NCBI RefSeq assembly: GCF_009834535.1
Contig: NC_045710.1
Span: 12,710,001-12,774,000 of the forward strand
Source of the DNA: Camelus ferus
Taxonomy: Eukaryota
Reading direction: 5' to 3'
DNA length: 64,000 nt
In this document: in pieces, positions 13,664 to 24,744 of the stretch
Numbering within the stretch: position 1 is the stretch's first letter
Layout of the letters: the number at the start of each line of letters is the position of its first letter
Made by a program: the position numbers and the translations under genes
The notes under the pieces: model-generated
Told to the model about the DNA's origin: nothing
What the model saw: the letters and a program-made list of their open reading frames with translations, nothing else
Database searches by the model: none

Positions 13664-13760
13664 CTGGCAGAGGTGGAAAGCCTGCGATTTGGGTAATGAC
13701 AACCACATTGTCCAGGTTCTCCTTGCAAGAGGAGTCCCCAGGGAGCAGCCAGTCTCTGCT
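13664..13760 (-). CDS. Candidate exon (DWLLPGDSSCKENLDNVVVITQIAGFPPLP)
   Basis: Donor CAG|GTAACC; possible exon starts at 13760, 13755 or 13861 (the last in a different open frame). Confidence 0.25.
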
Positions 13761-14399
13761 CTGCCAGGCAAATGAGCCCACCAAGAGTTCTCAGATACGG
13801 AACCCAGCCCACGATCCAAACACGGAACACTAAGTACCGACTCTTGATTCAGGATGAACTCCTAGAGCAGTGGAAAGGCACAGAACTAGGAGCCCCCAGG
13901 AGACATGGACAACAGCCAGATTTTGTCCGCTACAGGGCCCAAGACCCATCCTCTCTCCTCTGTGGGTCTTCATCCCTCTTCCGTGAGATCAGAGAGTTAG
14001 GCGGAAGGATGGCTTAAGAACCTCTCCAACTCCATAATTCTAGTTCTTTAAAATCATTTGATATATTCCTTTCTTTTCAAAAACTAACATGAAGTTGCCT
14101 GCAGTAAATTTCTATGCTCCCCCACCAGGCTAGTGTTATTTCATACTGTTCCCCTTGTTATGAAAACTGTAACAGCATAAGGTACACAATACCTGTTCTC
14201 AGAGGCAGGACCGTGATGGTCTGAATGGAGGGGCCAGGAATTCACATAGAGCCTCATCTAATGACTGAGGGCTTTAGTAGTTAGTTTTGGTCAGACATTG
14301 TGGTCAGTGCACTTTCTGTTTCGGGCCTGGGTGGTGTTATTTAGTGAGATGTCCTCTGTGGCACAGAATAGGAATAATTCAATGTTGTAAGTGTCCTAA

Positions 14400-14700
14400 G
14401 GATACTTATTTCATACTTTCTTTTTCTGTTTCCTTTCCAGTTCTTTTAGGGGAGTTTCTTCTATTAGCTGTTTATCTTTGCTATGTCTTTACAGTTTCCT
14501 CTTTTAGGAATTCTTACTGTACGCAGTTTGGTCTCCAAGATCTATTCCCCACATCTCTTCATCAATCTCTTGTCATTTTCCTTTTAAGTTTTCCTTAGAG
14601 TTTGAGAAGACTGTTTAAAGCTCTTGTCTCCTCATTGTTTTCTACAGTTTCCAGCCAGCCATTCACTGTTCCAAACATGATTTTAAATTTTTTACTAAAG
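14400..14700 (-). mobile_element. Very old L1/HAL1-like fragment, antisense
   Basis: T-rich sequence resembling the reverse complement of old L1 ORF1 region; very diverged. Confidence 0.4.
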
Positions 14701-15214
14701 TACTTCATCCTGATAAGGTGAGGACTCACTTTAGTTTTCTCCCTTTTAATGATGCGGTCCACAGCCCCTGTTCCCTACTGAGTTTACAAACATGCATGAA
14801 ATACATCCTCAAGTGTTCTTGTTTCCTTACAGTGAAGTTATTCCGGAGCAGGCAGTTGGGAATTGTCAGGGTCTTTGGCAGCCAAGCCACCTCCTGATGT
14901 GGAGGAAGTGCTCAAAGGCCTGCAGTGCGGCCCCATCTGGTCACCTCACAGAAATCTCCCCTCAGGCCTGGGCAATAAGTGCCCAGTGTCCTGTGTAAGT
15001 GTTCACAGAGGTCTTCCAGGGTCTCCTCCCACTTAGTCCTTAGTCAAGGCTTCTTGGTTCAAAGTGGAAAGTGACCAAAAACCCAGCTCAAACTATATTA
15101 AGGAGAGTCGCAGGGCATGCAGCAGAATGATGAGTTTGGAGCAGAGGCTTCCTGATAGCCAAGCTCCAGAACCAGGGCTCCCTGCGGACCACTGTCCAGT
15201 CCTTTGTCCACAGT

Positions 15215-15415
15215 GCAGTGCACAGTTAGGAGTCAGACAGCCTGGGTTTCAATGATGTCTCTACCGCTTGTTGGCACAGTGACCTTTTCTTACCTGTTTC
15301 TCTATCTATAGATTAGTTGGAAAACCAGTAACTAACTCATAAAATTATTGCATGGATTAAATGAGGCAATGGAAGCATATTACAGTGTTTAGCACATAGC
15401 AAGTGTGATAATGTC
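15215..15415 (+). mobile_element. MIR SINE
   Basis: GGAGTCAGACAGCCTGGGTTTCAA...GGATTAAATGAG...CAGTGTTTAGCACATAG. Confidence 0.8.
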
Positions 15416-16159
15416 ACCTAAACACTGGCTCACAGTCAGGTAAGGTTGAAGCTGGGATTTGTGAGAAACTGGTATGCATCCTCCTGGTGGAAACTTTAAC
15501 AGAAGCAGCTCCATATAGATAAAAGAAACCAAAACAGGAAAAAAGCTCCACCCAACAATGGATTGCCAGTTCAGAGAACTAGCATCCTGAGCAGACAGAG
15601 TAGGGAAACAGAAGGAGTCACACCTGAGTGACAGTTGGGAGCTTCATAGCAGCACAGGTGGGGAAGACAGGCTCCCCTGGCCAGGTCTTGGGTCTGTGTG
15701 ACCACTTCCACCAGGAAGTAAGCTCTGTGCTTCCTCCTATTGCTGATGGAGAAGCAACAGCGTACTCCACAAGGGCCTCACTGCCACACCCCTTCTCTAC
15801 CTGAAGTGTTCCCTGGCTCTGCCAGGATTAGCTCCCATTTACATCTTGTCTTAATCAAGGCTCCTTGGTTGAAGGTGACAATAATCCAAATCACACTCTG
15901 TGAAGGGGAGGGTAAACAGCAGAAAGGATTGGAATAGACTTGGGGGGCAGGGGGGTTCATAAACAGTCAGACCCAGGGACATGACATCCTGAGGACCTCC
16001 ACACGATCGCTCTCTCTGCTCCCCTTGAGTAGACCTTTCTTCGCTTAGAAGTCTCCCCCATGTGGCAGAGGCATTGTTGTGGAGAGTTCCAGCATCCTCC
16101 ACTTTGTAACCTGAGAGTGGCAGCTCTCGTTAAAAAATAATAAACAGAGGAAATGGGAA

Positions 16160-16340
16160 ATACAAACTAGCAGTTATAAAGCAAATGAGTCACAGGGCTG
16201 TAATGTACAGCACAGGGAATATAGTCAACATTTTGTAATAACTTTGTATGGTATATAGTCTATAAAAATATCGAATCATTATGTTATATACCTGAAACTA
16301 ATACTGTAAGTCAACCGTACTTCAATAAATAAAAATAATA
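16160..16340 (+). mobile_element. 5'-truncated L1 3' end (L1MA-like)
   Basis: GTAATGTACAGCACAGGGAATATAGTCAACATTTTGTAATAACTTTGTATGG..ACCTGAAACTAATAC..CTTCAATAAATAAAAATAA. Confidence 0.85.
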
Positions 16341-18469
16341 GTGATGATGACAACAATAAACAAACAAATGATCTGATTGACCTGGCTTGAGCTACCTGTT
16401 CATCCCTGAACCAACCACTACAGCCAAGGCCACAGGGAGCCACGTTTGTCATCCCCCATCAGAACCACACGTTTGGTGTGGGGAAGAAGCAGTTCCCACA
16501 AAGAAGGGGATACTATTTCAAGATAAACAGCAAACAACACCTCCCTCATACACCATGTCAGCTGGCGAATCAACAGCACAGACATTCAAAATACTCAACA
16601 AGTAATACAGCTTGGGCAACCCCAGTGGCAACTGACACAGGATCCTGGAGACCTCCCAACAGTGCCCAGTATTAACCTTTCAGTTTCCGGACTGCAGGCA
16701 GACTGAAGGGTTTCCAGCGGAGGGAACCACCTAGATGACAAGGTCAGCATGAGAGCACTCAGGAGTCTCCGGGAAGTGGCTGTCTACTGACCGGCATGAA
16801 AGTATTTCAACAGTCCACAGTCAGTTTGGTCACCACTGTTTACTGTTCCAAACAATGCCTCCAGCCAAATTCGCCCAGTGTCCAGCATATGGATGGCACC
16901 CCTCCCTGTTCACTCATGTCGATAAAAATTTCTTTTCCCCTTCTGGCACGTTCTGTTGATTGTTTCAAGGTGAACTTGAGAGGGAATAAACATTGGCTTC
17001 TCATGTTAACAGCTTGCCTTGAAATCTCTGGAATTTTTAAGATAAACTTTTTCATTAAAAACCAAGCCTTGTGGATGCCTAGAAATTCAGGAAACCAGCC
17101 TGGTCCCTGCATCTAAATGTGTCTCTGCTCCCAGGACACCCAGAGACCCTGGGAAGAAATCTAAACTCAACATTTAAGAGCAAGCGTTCTTTGCATCACG
17201 ATCTGGAGAAGTAAGTCCCAGCCATCTGATGTTGCTGCCTCTCAAATCTGGTAAAAACTACTGATATGGGTCTTTTAAGGTTTTATTGTATTTATTTTGT
17301 CAGTATTATTGCATTATTTTGCTTGAGATTTACCAAAACTAAAAAGCAGGACTGAGTATTCCTCATAAACCACTAATTGTTCTCCAGATAAACCTTTCTG
17401 TTCCTTTCTAATCTTAACTGGACTCAGCCCAACTGAAATAAAGTGGTGAACTTTATCAAGCTGATTAAACCCTCCCGCCACACACACACATTCCCTCCTC
17501 ATTCCCCAAATGACCACATATTTTAAAGAAAAAAAGACCACAGCTGATATCTCTAAGATACTTCAACTTCTTTAAAAAATATAATATTCTTTCCTGGGGG
17601 CCATTATTTTTCTGTTTTTCTGTCTCTTTCAGAGAGATCAGAATTCTCTGAATTTTTTTTCCCATAAAGACACCTACAGCATGAATGGGCATTTTTCCCC
17701 CCACGGTGTATAGACATTAGACTCAGTCAATTTTAAAAATAATAAAAAAGTGGTTTTTGTTAGCAAAACATTGAAGTGCTTATTTCAGGCACATGTGAAA
17801 TTCATGTTTAAAGACAGAGGAAGCCCAGATGCTTCAGGAAGCACGTGGATTAAAGTGGAAAGGAATACCACATCTCCTGAGAAAGCACTACCCCGCTCTT
17901 CCTCTGTCCATGATGCACTGGCCGTCTTCTGATAATGATGTCTGCCAGGCCCTCACCAAATTCATCTTTCCTGTAGCCGTTGAAAGACTGGGTTCAAGGT
18001 CTTTCCTTCATAAACCTTAGATGAAAGTTCTGCTGCAGACCATGCAATTTCAGAGAGCATATTCCAGGGTTGTGGAGGACAGATGTGCACACCACAAGGC
18101 TGTCCTGCTTAGTCTAATGGGGTCAGCTTCCCACACAAGCTCCCAGAGAGTGCTAAGTATGACTCATGTAACTCACAGAGTATTTGGAGCTCTCTGCTGA
18201 TCTGGTTGCTCTTCCTCTTCCAGCCTTAGCTCATCTTACAACCCTCCATGGTGGACCTTGAACACACCAAATGACTGTTTCACACACACCAACACACCAT
18301 GTGTTTCTTCTCATTCTCTTTTGTCTCCTAAAGTCCCCTTCTTCCACTTTTCCTTTTGAAACGTTAACATAGAATCTGTTCAGCAAGTAATAATAAGCCT
18401 GGTAAATCATCAGCATCCAAAGATTGGCAACTGCTCCCTTCATCTCTGCCACCACCACCACCACCACCC

Positions 18470-18815
18470 ACCAGCATGCTCACAATCATTGTCCTCAGAG
18501 ATGCAGTTCAAACGCCACCTCTGCTGAGAACACTTTCCCAAGCCTCTAGTCAGAATCAGTTCCCCACCCACCCCCAGACCCTGGGCTCCTCTGTCTCATC
18601 TTATCAGCTATTTCACTTTCCACGGCATTTTCATCATTTTATTGTTGTCATTGCTATGGTTGTTGTTATTTTTTATAAATAAGCTCACTCACTTGTGTCT
18701 CCTCTCCCTGAGAACAGGAATCACGTCTGACTTTTTAGGATGCCCATCCATATCCTGGCCATGCTTCATTCTTTCCCTTAAAAGGCATTTGATAAACATC
18801 AGTTGAATTGGACTG
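18470..18815 (+). mobile_element. L2 LINE 3' region
   Basis: CAGTTCAAACGCCACCTCTGCTGAGAAC..TTTCCC..CCTGAGAACAGGAATCACGTCTG..GGCATTTGATAAACATCAGTTGAAT. Confidence 0.75.
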
Positions 18816-19499
18816 GTTGTCAATAAAACTTTCTCATTTTGTTGTTTTAATACTTGATCTGGGTTCTTGGTTTTGCTGTAGTGCATCTCATATTCTGGAC
18901 ATCTTTTGCAGTTAAACATGCTTATCTTTTCAGATATTTATTTCAGAAACTGATTCTGAGGTTGGTATATTAATGTTCTCAATCAATAGTAGAATGTGGC
19001 TACCCTGAAAGGAACTGCAGATGTGCTTTTCTTTCGCTTCACATATAAATAAAAGGCTAGGTTGCTCTTGATATTTCCACCAGATATCCTCTGACCCCTA
19101 AATTAATTTAGGTGTCCTATAGGAAGCAGTGTTTGGGCTTCAAATCCCAAAACCTGTTGCCCTAACTCTCAGCCCCAAACTACACAGGAAATTTCTAACA
19201 GTAAATTAGGAGACAAAAATACATTTACGACAGAGCTAAAGAAAAGAAAAGCAAAGACTGGGAATGGCCAATAGGATCACTTTTATTATAATTTAAAGAT
19301 AACCTGTCAACATAGCAAAAACCTAATTATTGGCTGCATGGTGTAATGGCATAATTCTTTACAAGAATACTCCATTGTCCCATCTTTACCCTTAGCCACT
19401 TCAGCAAGAGCTATACTCCCTGGAATTGGAGGTACAGAGAAAACACAGACCACATGTGCCAATTTCTAACCATAGGATTCATTACCCAAGGTTCAGGCC

Positions 19500-20140
19500 T
19501 AAAATATTTGCTTATATCCATTCTCTCCCTCTATCCAGTCCCCACATTCAGATCTTACCTCTATGCAGTTGACTCAAATTTGTAATTTAGATTCATCTTC
19601 ATCCATCTCAAGACCATATACCAACTCAACATCTCCAACTGCATAATCCACAAAGACTCACAATGAAATGTCCAAAATCAATGTCCAATACTCAGTCTTC
19701 AAAGTGGTCCCCCTACACCAAACTGATCTTATTACCATCATTCCATGTCTCCCAGTCAGGAAGTCTCAGAGCCCCTTTTGAGAATTTTTTCCCCTCTTCA
19801 CATCCAATTAACCATCATAGTTTATAACTCTTGGACCAGGCTTCTCATCCAAACTACACAGACGTTCCCTAACTATCCCTTCAAATTACTACCTGTGTAG
19901 CTACTCTTAAAACAGAGATCTGTTCATGTTATTCTAGTGCTCAGAAACTTTCCATGGCTCCTCATTGCCTCCTCAGTTTAGCATCCAAGGCTGGCCAAAT
20001 CATCTTACCCTCCCATTGCTACTATGCTAACCACAGATGACTTATATTACAGGTACATATATTCTCTGCAAAGGCATGGTCTGTTTGCTTCATTTCTGCA
20101 CCCTCATAGTGTGACACTGAGCTGTCATTAATATGCAGAA
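19500..20140 (+). mobile_element. L2 LINE fragment
   Basis: CTCAACATCTCCAA..AATGTCCAAAATC..AAAACAGAGATCTGTTCATG..AAACTTTCCATGGCTCCTCATTGCC. Confidence 0.7.
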
Positions 20141-21599
20141 TTTGAATTATTTATGCTTATCTTGACTGCAGAGCCCTAGGTCTGGACCCACTCAAATGAC
20201 ACACCCTCCTTTCTTCATATACCACATTGTGCTTGATCCAGATTCCCCTAATTAGAATTTCTGATTATTTGGCCAAAAGCCAGGCTAGATTTTATCTTTG
20301 CATTAGCTACTTGAAAAGTAAATTAATAGTGTAAATTAGCCAGCATATCATATGTTTTATCTACTTAAAAATAAACATTTTAAAGCATTGAGAAGAAGTT
20401 TTAATAACTCAGTTTACTTTTCACTATATACCTTTCTTGTACCTATCCAACCCTGAATGCGTCTTAAATATATCAAGATGCATTTCTTGTTGAACACTTT
20501 ATAATCAGGCCGATCCCACTTCATCGATTCAAATCAGTAGGATTTACTGTGTGTATAATGGTTACTTAACAGTTCCTCTTCTTTTGACTTCTATTTCTCA
20601 GTGATAAGTGCAAAGTGAGTCTTCTCTGATTGACATAAAAATCAACCACCCTTTTCTACTTTAAATTCATGTCAAACTATCACTGCAAAACTGAGATGTC
20701 CTCCTAGAGGCCAGAACAGCAGCTGCAGGGTCTTGAGTCCCAATGCCTTAGACAACTGGCGTGATGTCCCCATGCCGCGTGGGCTCCTGGGCTGGGGAAA
20801 GGAAATGACGATGGGTGCCCTTGGGTCTAGGCTCCCCCAAAGCCTGGCCACGTGAAGTCAGAAGCATTTCCCTTTGTCCAGGCCGTGAGGACTGGTTAGC
20901 TGAGTTGCAGGGAGTAAATTTTTCCTCCCCAGTCCCTGCCAGGTGAGCTCCGGAACTAGCCTGGAATCAGACTTTACCTTTATACCTCAATCTTCTGTCC
21001 GCCCTTCCTCAGCTGACTGATGAGGTTCCTGTTATTCCAGCTGCCTCCAGCAAACAGTCCTCAGTCACTGCTGCATCTGGCACAACACGGGAGTAATTTG
21101 GAGAATTCTAGGCTGCAATGCCTACAGACATCATCAAACTGGGGGAGAATGCTGTGGTCAGATGCTTAATGTGGCATTCATTAAAAACAACCTGCATTCT
21201 GACAAAGGCAGCTGTACTGTCCACTTACACTCTACGTTTCCAGTTAGCAACCACAAAAAAACAGTCTCTGTCCCTTTAACTTCACAGAAACCACCCACAA
21301 TTCATTCCAAGGCACAGGATTCCAAAGGATCGGTTCTTAATTAATCTGTGCAGGGGAGATATTTTCCCATGCAAGTTACCATATGAGTGATAACCCAGTG
21401 TTGCAATATCCACTCAGTTTACTTTCATATTCACACAAGCAAGGAACTTGAGACTCAGGGAAACCAGTGACTCCCTGGAAGACTGCCATCTACTATCGAG
21501 TTACTTCAGCCTCGAGGCTGCCCTTCAGGATGGATCACATTGGGAAGGACTTCTGGGGAAGGGGGGTGCTTTGGGAAAAATTATTCAGTGAGTGCTCAT

Positions 21600-21730
21600 G
21601 CCTACAGATGATACTTAGGCAAGACCTTGATGTGTTCATTTAACCCTCTGGGCCTCTCTCTTCTCATCTATTCAATGTGGACAATGATCTCTACTCTCTG
21701 CACACAGTTGTTGTAAAATAAGTGGACACC
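21600..21730 (+). mobile_element. MIR SINE fragment
   Basis: TTAACCCTCTGGGCCTC..TTCTCATCTATTCAATG..CACAGTTGTTGTAAAAT. Confidence 0.6.
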
Positions 21731-23040
21731 ATTGGCAAAGAGCAGCTGAATGTGCGATGCAAGGGATACAAAAGCAATGCCTTCTGTGCAAAAATGAGCA
21801 CCTCACTGATCACGGTTCCCATCAGTCCCAAATTCCCCTTTCTCCCTTCCTCAGTCACAAGCCTGCAACATAAAATGACAGATGAATGCCACTAGATGCT
21901 GCCATAAGAAGAAGAAGAAAAGGAAAAATTAAAAGTGATTGTTATCCATATGCCCAATATGCTTAGCATATTATAAGAGAGGGACAAAGTGGGTCAGCCC
22001 ATAGATAGCAAGCTTTCTTAATCAAACCACCTAGAAGGAAACGGTGTTATACTTGAACAAACACAATTCAACACTGCCCAGAAAGAGAGATGTAGATATA
22101 GAGAAGCAAGATGGTGGAGTAGAAGGACACTCGTAGCTCACCCTCTCCCACAAATACACCAAAACTCACATCTACAGACCTATTCAGCCAACCAGAGCAC
22201 CCGCCGAACTCCGAAAGAACATCGCCCTCTTCGAAAGACAAAGACACCAAAAATCTGGTAGGAGAAAAGGAAAAAAGAAAGAAGAAAAGGCAAAACAGTG
22301 TGGGACTGATCCTGTGGGGAGGGAGCAGCAAAGGAGGACTGGCGCTCATTTGCTGGGTCTCCCCCTCTCCAAAGGAGAGGCCAGCGGGACGGAGGGGGAG
22401 ACTTTGAGGCTCAGATCTGCCCCGAGCACCCCTTGACCAACAGAAATGAGTTAAACGGGCACAAAGGGTCCCCGCAACACTCAGCCCAAGACGCAAGCCA
22501 GCAGCTGGAGCTGGGGCAGGCCGCTCAAGCCGGGCGGAGGACTGGACAGTTACACTGAGGCAGCCGCGGGGGACAGCAGGGGGCTGCACACCATGGCTAG
22601 GAGAGGATACAGAGCAGAACAACCTCGGTCCCCCATAAATTGCGAAAAAAGCAAAGCAACACGTCTGGCGTGCCCTGGGGGGAGGGGCGTCATAGTCTTT
22701 GTCTCCTCAGACCTGTGACACCATTACTGGCGCTTCTTGCGAGAAGAGAGGTGGGGTGCAGCCACAGCCGCCATCTCCTCCTGTGTGCAGTGCCCGGGCA
22801 GGGGCGGGCCGAGACCTGAATCCACACCCGGGGGCCCCACAACCTCCTAGGCAGGACTGAGACTTGTTTACAACCCAAGGTAGATAGGATCTTTCTGCTC
22901 TGGTCCCTCAGAGAACTCACACTGCCAAGACAAACAAGGAGCTGAGATTTGGCACAGCGCAGGGGTGGGGCCTTTCTGCAGTCTTCCCTGAGCCTGCCTT
23001 CGGAGCACTGACAGGAGGCAGAGCAGGCAGCTGCACAGAG

Positions 23041-23260
23041 CAGCGGAGTGACCGGCACCAGGAGAGGGCGGGCAGCCCCCGACCTTCCTGGCAGGAATGC
23101 AGCACCTGACCACGGTGCTGGGAGGGGGCGCAATCAGCCCACCTGCCTCGCCCGAGTGCAGCATCTGACTGCAGCATCGGGAGGGGGAGTGACCCGCCCA
23201 CCCACCGGGTAAGAGCTCAGCACCTGACCCAGTGTTGGGAGAGGGTGCGATCTGCTAGCC
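23041..23260 (+). repeat. Degenerate 59-bp tandem array (about 4 units) in the L1 5'UTR
   Basis: CAGC-initiated units start at 23041, 23100, 23159 and 23218 (exact 59-bp spacing); units 2-4 share CAGCA(C/T)CTGAC...GGGAG(G/A)GGG, and unit 1 is more diverged. Confidence 0.8.
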
Positions 23261-23436
23261 GACAGCCACTGGAAGCAGCACAGACAAGGGCGCCAACAGA
23301 TGGCCTCTGGAAACAGCAAGCCGAGTACGCGAAACAGGGCAAAGACACAAAGACCTCTCGATAAAATCATTAAGAGCACACTGTCTCCAGGAGAACTAGA
23401 TAACTGATACTCCTTAAGCCACAATGCCAGAGAGAT

Positions 23437-24337
23437 ATGAGCAATATGAAGAAGCAGGGGAACCACTCCCAATTAAAAGATCAAGAGAAATTCCCTGAAA
23501 GCACGATCAAGGAAATAGACATTGATGGCCTACTAGATCAAGATTTCAAAAAAGGAGTGATCAAAGTACTGAAAGAACTAGAAGAAATAGTGTTTAGAGA
23601 TATCAAGTATGTCAAAAATGAAATAGAAGCTATAAAGAAGAACCAAGTAGAATTAGTAAACTCATTTGCTGAGATGAGAGCTGACCTAAAGGCCGTACAA
23701 AGCAGGCTAGATAATGCAGAAGAACGAATAAGTGACCTGGAAGACAGGACAGCAGAAAGCACCCAATCAAAACAGCTGAGAGAAAAACAAATAAAAAACA
23801 ATGAAAACAATATAAGGGACCTATGGGATAATATAAAGTGTGCCAATCTACACATAATAGGGGTTCCAGAAGGGGAAGAAAGAACAAAGGGAATTGAAAA
23901 GGTATTTGAAGAAATCATGACTGAAAACTTCCCAAACCTAAAGGAATCAGATATCCAAGTACTGGAGGCTCAGAGGCTCCCAAACAGGAAGAGCCCAAAC
24001 AGACCCACACCAAGACATATCATAATCAAGATGGCCAGAGTCAAGGATAAAGAAATGATCCTAAAGGTAGCAAGAGAAAAACAAAGAGTGAGTTACAAGG
24101 GAACCCCCATAAGGCTCTCAGATGATTTCTCTACACAAACACTACAGGCCAGAAGGGAGTGGCAAGATACATTCAAAGTCCTGAATGAAAAATAAGATGC
24201 AGCCTAGGATACTCGATCCAGCAAGGCTATCCTTTAGAATAGAAGGAGAGATAAAGAACTTCACAGACAAGCAAAAACTAAAAGAGTTTGGCAACACTAA
24301 ACCCATGCTAAAAGAAATATTGACAGGTCTACTCTAA
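23437..24337 (+). pseudogene. LINE-1 ORF1p (RNA-binding/chaperone protein), frameshifted by one extra base at about 24193
   Basis: The 252-aa ORF 23437-24195 has a coiled-coil-like region and typical ORF1p motifs (NLHIIGVPEGEE, RPTPRHIIIKM, REKQRVSYKGTPIRLSDDFS, ARREW). Removing T24193 restores NEKKMQPRILDPARLSFRIEGEIKNFTDKQKLKEF...LL* to a stop at 24335-24337 (299 aa). Confidence 0.93.
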
Positions 24338-24480
24338 ATAGAAAAGAAACAGGATGCTACAAAAATGAGAAACTCATAACTGGAAAGGAGATAACTGCCA
24401 TGAATTACAAAAAGAATAAACACAAAATTGTAAAAGAAGACATCTAAATCATTAAGAGTGGGAGAGGGAAGCAAGGAAAG

Positions 24481-24590
24481 CCACTATGGAAAACAGTATG
24501 GAGATTCCTCATAAGACTAGGAATAGACTTACCATATGACCCAGGAATCCCGCTCCTGGGCATATATCCAGAAGGAACCCTACTTCAAAA
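24481..24590 (+). pseudogene. LINE-1 ORF2p extreme C-terminal remnant (no endonuclease or reverse transcriptase)
   Basis: Translates as PLWKTVWRFLIRLGIDLPYDPGIPLLGIYPEGTLLQ, matching the conserved L1 ORF2 C-terminal PLW..VWRFL..L...LPYDP.IPLLGIYP motif; runs into an N-gap at 24591. Confidence 0.92.
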
Positions 24591-24744
24591 NNNNNNNNNN
24601 NNNNNNNNNNNNNNNNNNNNNNNNNNNNNNNNNNNNNNNNNNNNNNNNNNNNNNNNNNNNNNNNNNNNNNNNNNNNNNNNNNNNNNNNNNNNNNNNNNNN
24701 NNNNNNNNNNNNNNNNNNNNNNNNNNNNNNNNNNNNNNNNNNNN
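24591..24744. other. Assembly gap (154 N) inside the young L1
   Basis: Run of N; its length is about what the L1 segment missing between the flanks should be. Confidence 0.99.

Noticed and set aside
22690-23918. Several 85-147 aa ORFs overlapping the L1 5'UTR and antisense to ORF1
   Set aside because: They are by-products of GC-rich UTR sequence or of the reverse complement of ORF1; those I checked have non-ATG starts.
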